Shown one piece after another: positions 34,565-41,244 of a stretch of 41,244 nucleotides of DNA. The position numbers were made by a program, and so were the translations under genes. The notes under the pieces were generated by a model. It did no database searches. It was given only the letters and a program-made list of their open reading frames with translations, and was not told the DNA's origin. Origin of the DNA: Catajapyx aquilonaris (lineage: Eukaryota); assembly GCA_000934665.2 (NCBI GenBank), contig KZ538904.1, positions 1-41,244 on the forward strand. The letters run 5' to 3'. How positions within the stretch are numbered: position 1 is the stretch's first letter; every line of letters starts with the position of its first letter.

Positions 34565-35435
34565 GTAAGCGGAAGGAGATGATTCCATTGCATGTTTTGG
34601 TGAAATAGTTGACTTGGTAGGATATGTATCACTTGGGGGAATTTTTAACATGGGCAGGAATAGAAATGTCCACTTCGAGAATGTCCTGAAATGGATGTTC
34701 ATGGTGTTACAAATTATTGAAGTCTTCATATTGGTTTGCAATTTTTTCTCCCAGGGGTCATCTGGGGATGTTTTTACTAACAATCTGCAATGTGTAAGAG
34801 GGTCATAAAGCATGAAGAAGAGCCATTTATTTACACAGTTATGCACACAGTTCCGAAATGTCTTGAAGGTGCAACATAGTATCTTCACCGCCATTTTTTA
34901 AAACCTGCAATTTACCTTCATGTCAGACCTTTATGCTCTCCATTCAAGAGCAAAATTTACGGGTGTAGCATTGATAAGCACTGTGACAATTTGGATAAGC
35001 AAGTAAAATGCCATAATCCATTTTCCTGTGGTAAAATGTTTATTCCTTATCAAGCTTCCCTAAGCTTTGGAGATTTTCTCGGTTGCCACCTGTCCAATTT
35101 TTGCTGAGTGTGCACACTGACTTAGTTAACTCGCAACATATTTAGCCATGTGAGGACTTCTAAAGGCAGTCATTCAATAAACCTGAGGGTTTTTTAAAAT
35201 GTATATTTTTATCAATAAACTGCCTTCTGCGATGGCTTTCTGGCTGCTGCCCTGGTTGATGGTTGCAGCTAAAAGGATTACATCTGAAAGTGTAATCTGA
35301 AATTTCCTTAATATCTCCTCAAGGGAAAAAAGCCAGGCACCAGACACTATTTGTGATATAAAGTCTCATCCTGAAGTGAAACAGGCAAAATGGGCTGGTT
35401 CTTGAAGTTTAACAATATATTGTGATCCCTTTCAG

Positions 35436-35877
35436 GCCAGACTGCTTCAAAGAAGTGGAAAATTATACAGGTGCAAAGTACAGAAAATTTCCAACAGAAA
35501 ATGAAGCGTTGAAATTCATAGAAGAACACAAGGAGAAAGTGTCTTTTTTTCCCTTTGATGAGGGAGAATTATCTCCACCAGACTTCCCTGATACATCAGC
35601 TGCTGATGGGCAGACTTCTCCTGTGACTATCTTGAACAGTTTGAAACAGAAATTTTCATCAATTGAAGCTAGTATCCAGACGTTTGTTAATACAACCAAT
35701 GCAAGTTTGGCCTCTTTTAAGCATGACTTACAACTCTTGGAAAGTGTTTTAAGTTGTGGGCAATCGCAGGCTGTAGTTCCTAAGAGGAAATTGACAACCA
35801 GTTCATCACAGAGGTCAGAAAAGCGACCAGCAGAAGAATCATCATCTGGGAAACCTTCGAAGTTGTCAAAAGTTAAG
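35436..35877 (+). CDS. RNASEH1: RNase H1 coding exon 2 (rest of hybrid-binding domain and linker)
   Basis: Acceptor ccctttcag|G completes the Trp codon. Encodes WPDCFKEVENYTGAKYRKFPTENEALKFI. Donor AAG|gtactc. Confidence 0.88.
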
Positions 35878-35941
35878 GTACTCATTGCAGATAAAACTGT
35901 TGCAGAGAAAATAGAAAGTTACGTTTGTGATATTATTGCAG

Positions 35942-36078
35942 AATGAATCACTGGGGAGCTCTTTACAAGTGGATGGTGAGGGATTTCTTCACATTTTCAC
36001 AGATGGGTCTTGTGAAGGCAATGGTCGCAATAATGCAAGAGCTGGAATTGGAGTTTGGTTTGGCAAGGATCATCCCAT
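35942..36078 (+). CDS. RNASEH1: RNase H1 coding exon 3 (start of catalytic domain); later exons not found in window
   Basis: Acceptor attattgcag|. Encodes HIFTDGSCEGNGRNNARAGIGVWFGKDHP (first catalytic Asp in TDGS). Donor AT|gtgagt. Confidence 0.92.
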
Positions 36079-37899
36079 GTGAGTAACTCAATTCCATATT
36101 TTGTATCATCTATTTTCAACTTCACAGCACAGCATAGCTGTAAATCATTGATTCAGAAGAATCTTGATGTTTTTGTAAGGACCAGATTTGTTATGATAGT
36201 CTTTTGGGATAATACAAGTCAGTCATACTTCACTACAATTTTTTATAGCATGAAGACATGGGGTGTTTTTTTTTTTACCTATTGCTAACGTAAGTCTTGG
36301 CTAGCAGTGTCTTTCCTATAGATAAAGATTGTCATGGTTGTTTGGCTGTTCTGCTGGTAACTTCTGCTGAACTGCTGAAACCTCTTATGGGAGTGGTGAA
36401 AATGGCAAGTTATCACAATAGCTGCCAAAGAACCACTACAATGCTGAACTATAAGAGGCACAGTGAGAATTCCCCCCTAAGCATTTTAATGGGTTACTCT
36501 GGCTACTAGTTGTGGAGAGGTATTGCTTACTTTAGTAGAAGGGTGAAAAACCCAACCACATGGTCCTTTTCCTAGTGTAGGGAGTTTGTCATGGACTGTC
36601 TGGTGTATTCATTTGGCATGTAGTGTAGAATAGCAAGTTCTGCTTTCATCAAGACATATCTTCTGAGCACTGCGACCAATGCAAGGACTGGATAAGGAAG
36701 TCATGGATCAGTGAAAAGCATTTTGACATTTTTTGCCAGTCAAAATTTAATGGAAGAAAAAAGAGGGTGCTGGTCAATAGACTAGATATTACCGTAATAT
36801 TGAATTTAAAGCAGCATGCCAGTAAAATGGGGGATGACCAGATTTTATAAAATTCACATTTGGTGGCCATACCAGCATTCCAGTGTAAGGCAGGGTTTGT
36901 TTATATTTTACCTGCAAATATATGTAAATTATAAACTTTTTAACCCTAATAAGACGGGGGTATCATATGCTGATACACTGGCTTTAAAAAATTCTGCTGG
37001 CGAAACTATAGCGTTTTCCTACTATGTAACATAGTTTCTGTGTGGCTTTTTGTATTTTCCTTCACGTAAAAAATCGCGAATTTTGGACTACGAAATCTTG
37101 CATAAATGAGGCGCCTTCTTCCAAAACCCGATAAATCCAAGATAAATGGTTCCGAGATAATTGAGAAAAAACTGTGGTGCCGAAGCTAATTAATATTACA
37201 CGACCTGCCCAAGTCCATCTGCTAAATATGTGGATGCTGCATATGATGAGCTTTTACAAGAAAATGATCAACATCGTCAAGTCGTAGTTTAAGGAATAGT
37301 CGTTGTGGATATATCGATTTTTGCTGCAAAGAGAGTGGATTTGGCGGTTTTTGCAACATTGAGGAAATTTGAAAATCCAGTGGTGACTCCAATAAAGGAA
37401 CATCAGCTTCAGAGTCGTGGCTGAAAGTGGTGTGAAGCGGAGTCGGAGTGATTATGATAATCATTGTGAATATTTCAGTCACGTATCGTAACAGCATTAC
37501 CAGCATAACTAGTATTTTTATGTATACAGGGTGTATCAGAGTCACGGGTCAAGCGCGCGCGAGGGGGTGGGGAAAAATCGTAGGTGGCGACTACCCTGGT
37601 CGGTTTTATAAAACGATTAGAAATACGGCAGTAATCAATTTATTTATTACGGCCGTATGGTGTGACGTCAAGTCCTTTCTGTTTGAATTGAGCCTGACGG
37701 GCACGGCAAATGCAAGGCAAGAGTGCCGTGGTTTGAACGGGTTTGAAGCTGGTTGAACGGGTTTTTAGCCTTGCGGGTTGCACTGAAAAAGGCGCTCTCA
37801 TGCTACACCGGCAGAGTACTGAACACACCACTGTACAGTAGTACACTACTTTGTTCAGCACCCTGCCGGTCCCTGCCATCGACTGTGCTGCTGATGGAT

Positions 37900-38060
37900 T
37901 TTGGCTGTGGGAGGAAGTGGAAGAACAGGAAAACCCATGCGAACCAGGAGATAACCTATCAAAACTCTTTCCACATGGGAAATCCTTCTCTGTCTTATCT
38001 AGGGATAAAATTCAGGACTTCAGAGGTTGAAGGCCAAGATGTTCCACTACACCACCATGC
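37900..38060 (-). mobile_element. Old degenerate tRNA-SINE fragment (V-domain-like)
   Basis: gtgggaggaagtggaagaacaggaaaacccatgcgaac resembles the reverse complement of the V-SINE core. Decayed tRNA-like head at about 38000-38060. Confidence 0.35.
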
Positions 38061-38393
38061 ACTTTCTAATTGAGTTGTCAGGCTGAAATAGTGGGGTGGT
38101 GTATCCTCCAGGTGGCAGGGCAATAAATCTGTGGGGTGTCTGTTGACCTGCCCCTGAACTTCTTGCCATAATTGCCTACCTCATAAAATTGCATAAATGC
38201 TGCTGATTGGATGGTTATCAGCCTACATGCCAGCTTAAAGCCCAGACATCTAACCCGTTGTGATTTTTTTACAAACCTGGTTTCAAAAATCATAGCTGCA
38301 GCCTGTAGGGTTTCTTGTTTTTTTTTTTCCCCCTACTGCCAGTTGACTTTGTTAGAGATCTGAAATTCATTCATTCATTCATATATTCATATA

Positions 38394-39734
38394 CGAGGTG
38401 TGATCAAAAAGTTTCCGGACTGTCGATATACCGTGCAAACCAGTTTAGCTACGAACTTGTGACGTTAGGGGGCGCTAGGTGCACCTTTCATCTATTAGTC
38501 TGAAAAATCTCGTCTTCATAGGTACACATGTTTCCGAGTTTCGGCAGTTTTCTGGACACCGTGTTCTTGTGCTTCTGCGATTTTTCGAAATGGCTGACGT
38601 TAGGGAGCAAAAGATTTGCATTAAATTTTGCTTCTAGCTCAACAAAACTTCGGATGCAACCTACCGAATGCTGAACAAGGCTTTTGATGAACAAGTTGTA
38701 AGACAAGCAATAACATATGAGTGGTTTACCGAAGCAGTAGTGGCGGAGGGGATTTGGTATCCGACTGCTAATCGGGAGGTCCTGGGTTCGAGTCCCGGAG
38801 GCTGGCGGTCCTGACCTTGGTTTTCTGTGGTTTTCCAAGGTCGCCCCAGGAATAATTTCCGGGATCGTACCGTAAAATAGGCCACAGCCGCTTCCTTCCT
38901 TTCCCTGTCCTGGAGGAGGTGCGGGTTAGTCGGGGGTTTCTAACTCGCATCTAGGGGGTCATCTTGGCGAACGGGCCCCCTGAGGGACTGCACACGACCC
39001 CCAACTTGATGACATTGCACATGCACCAGTGTCCCCCCCTCCTATCCCCACCCTGTCCCTGCACATAGTGGTATTCCACTCCCCTAAGAGAGCCCATGGC
39101 TCTAGCACGGGGTATATCTAAAAAAAATGGGGTCCTCATAGGGTTAGTGGTGTAACAGCTTCAAAGGTGGCGCGCCAAGTTTGCAGCAGAATCAACTCAA
39201 TGCTGATCATTTTCTTTGACATTTTAGGAATTGTGCATATGGAGTTTCTCCCTCCTGGTAAAACTGTCAACGGCAAGTCTTACTGCGATGGTTTGAGACG
39301 ATTTAGGCTCAATTGGCCGGGGATATGGAAAAACATAGACTGGTTGCTGGCTTGCTGCACCATGACAATGACGCCTGCACACACCGCACGCGTAGTCAGG
39401 GACTTCTGATAAAAAATTACATGACCACTGGTCCCCACCTTGACTGTTCGTTTGTCCTGGCACCATGTGATTTCTACCTCTTCCCTAAAATGAAATTTGG
39501 GTAGAAAAGGAGGCATTTTGACTCCACTAAAGAGGTCTAAGCAAAATCGCAGCAGGTGTTGAACGCACTACTGTTGACCAATTTTTTTTGGTGCTTCCAA
39601 AAATGGGAAATTCGCTGGAATTGTTGTATATGTGCCCAAGGGGACTACTTTGAACGTGGCAGTGGAAATTAGGACTTAAAGTAAATATTAATGTTTTTAT
39701 GAACACAGTCCGGGAACTTTTCGATCACACCTCG
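38394..39734 (+). mobile_element. Defective mariner transposon with internal deletion and SINE insertion
   Basis: TA|cgaggtgtgatcaaaaagtttccggactg ... cagtccgggaacttttcgatcacacctcg|TA. Remnants MADVREQKICIKFC, YEWF, MLIIFFDILGIVHMEFLPPGKTVNGKSYC, HHDN, LAPCDFYLFPKMK. Confidence 0.9.
38728..39146 (+). mobile_element. tRNA-derived SINE, family C, nested in the mariner
   Basis: ccgactGCTaatcgg anticodon-like arm, B box gggttcgagtccc. Imperfect TSD agtggttta / agtggtgta splits the YEWF.SFKGG codons. Confidence 0.8.
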
Positions 39735-39890
39735 TACATCACGGCTTTTCCCAGCGGGGTGCCAGCGGATAATGAGAGCACGTTCTGCTCCTCATTATCC
39801 ACTGGCACCCCTCACATGACCATTATATATAAAAAGAAAATCTGGTGCCTGGTTTGGTACCCACAGAAAATGGGGGGGGGGGGNGGGGGG

Positions 39891-39932
<42 letters not shown>

Positions 39933-40756
39933 AGATTGCCGACAGGACAGGCTATGCTGGGTTGTTGACTTCGGCGGTGCCCCGGGTGACTTCCACCAAC
40001 AAAGGACGGGCGAGGCAGGAGTACCATCTCATTGCTGAGTTGTTGGCACCACCAGACCACATCCCGTCGCCTTGCATGGGACGTAGGAGGACAGCAAAAC
40101 AACCACCAAACCTGAAATGATTGACAAATAAAGTAATCCGAATGGGTGGGAAGTGATAGGGAGATGCACAATATCCTGCTGATGGCCAGCTTTGCCTCAA
40201 CTTATTGTTGGCAATAAGCTCAGGAGGAGGTCAACAGCCATCACTCAGATTAGAGATTAAGACTCCCCCAGCCTGCTAGTTGCTACTTCAACTGGTAAAT
40301 TTGGCTATGTAAACTTGATCACACCTTGCAGATGTAGGTTTTTGCTGAACAGCACAGATGTGCTTTATCAGCAGTGTAGCATTTTATGTGGAACCAGAGT
40401 TTTCTGGTACATGTCAAGGCTGGTATGTGGCTTTTTTGTGCTATTATTAAGAAACACAAATTTTTCTAATGATGAATGAGTGGCAAAAATATGCTGATAA
40501 ATTCTGCATGCTTTACTTTTTTGCCATTTGTATCTTTAAAACCATGAAAATCCAGAAAAAAACTTGCTGACGATGACCAACCAGTTTTGTCTGGGCTTCC
40601 CCAAATCTGGTGACATTTCTTGCCCAAAAATTAGTGCAACAGGAGTGTAGCTTTAAAATAATTAAGTGTCAGCAACTTGACAATTAGGCTGGCCTGCCAC
40701 CACTGTAAGGTCAGTGGCTGAGCTGCAACAAGGGAAAAGTGGGTTACCTGCCTGTA

Positions 40757-41244
40757 AGGGGACGTCCACATATTACGTAACGGGATTTAGGGGGGGGAGG
40801 GGGTTTGGGCTAGCGTGACGGTCCGTTACATGGGGGAGGGGGGGGTTGGGTAGCCGTTACGTAACGCATTTGAACGCACTGTATAAATATTCCGAGTGCG
40901 ACTCAGCGTGGCCCGCGTGGCTGCGTCGTCCGCTACTGGTCCGAATCGGTAAAAAACGTGCGAAAAAAGCTATTTATGAGACTTTTCGTAGGAACTTGAC
41001 AACCTCACTATTTTTATGCAAGGTATTGATGTGAGTCACAGGTTGTACTACTTGTTGATTCCATACCTATTGAGTGACAATTGTTCCAGGGTCTCAAAGT
41101 GATAGAAAAATGACATTTTTGTTCTGACTATTTTCTCTTTTATATAAAAAACTTGCCCATATTGTAGCTTTAAAAATACGCACCTGTACGTAACGTAGTT
41201 CGTTAATTCTTTCGCTTTTCTTCTGAAATACGGGCGACGCGGTG
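40757..41244. mobile_element. Left end of a PIF/Harbinger-like MITE
   Basis: TAA-ggggacgtccacatattacgtaacg terminus followed by G-rich subterminal tracts. Other end not in window. Confidence 0.45.

Noticed and set aside
36079..41244. Further RNase H1 exons
   Set aside because: No TNN/TNQ.AE-type motif with a phase-compatible acceptor was seen; the remaining exons are probably beyond the window.

Overview
Eukaryotic, intron-containing, transposon-rich genomic DNA, most likely from an arthropod (inferred from repeat types and protein style; not established). Four protein-coding loci are supported. (1) The 5' part of PEX13 on the minus strand: 3 exons, continuing off the left edge. (2) A complete RPS7 gene on the plus strand (194 aa, 3 coding exons), head-to-head with PEX13. 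Its last intron holds a well-formed box H/ACA snoRNA candidate whose 5' pocket matches 5.8S rRNA. (3) An intronless LRR-like gene on the minus strand, split into two overlapping frames. The overlap contains a G_UUU_UUC slippery-like heptamer and a downstream stem, so it is either a programmed -1 frameshift candidate or an indel/assembly error. (4) The first three coding exons of RNase H1, with two in-frame ATGs (candidate mitochondrial and nuclear isoforms) and a helical linker. The rest is nested mobile DNA: Harbinger-, pogo/Tigger-, piggyBac- and Sola-like MITEs, two related Helitrons, decayed Tc1 and mariner elements, a hAT transposase fragment, an RTE-like LINE 3' end, three tRNA-derived SINE families that share a module, and microsatellites. 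All calls were made by eye; no database searches were run.
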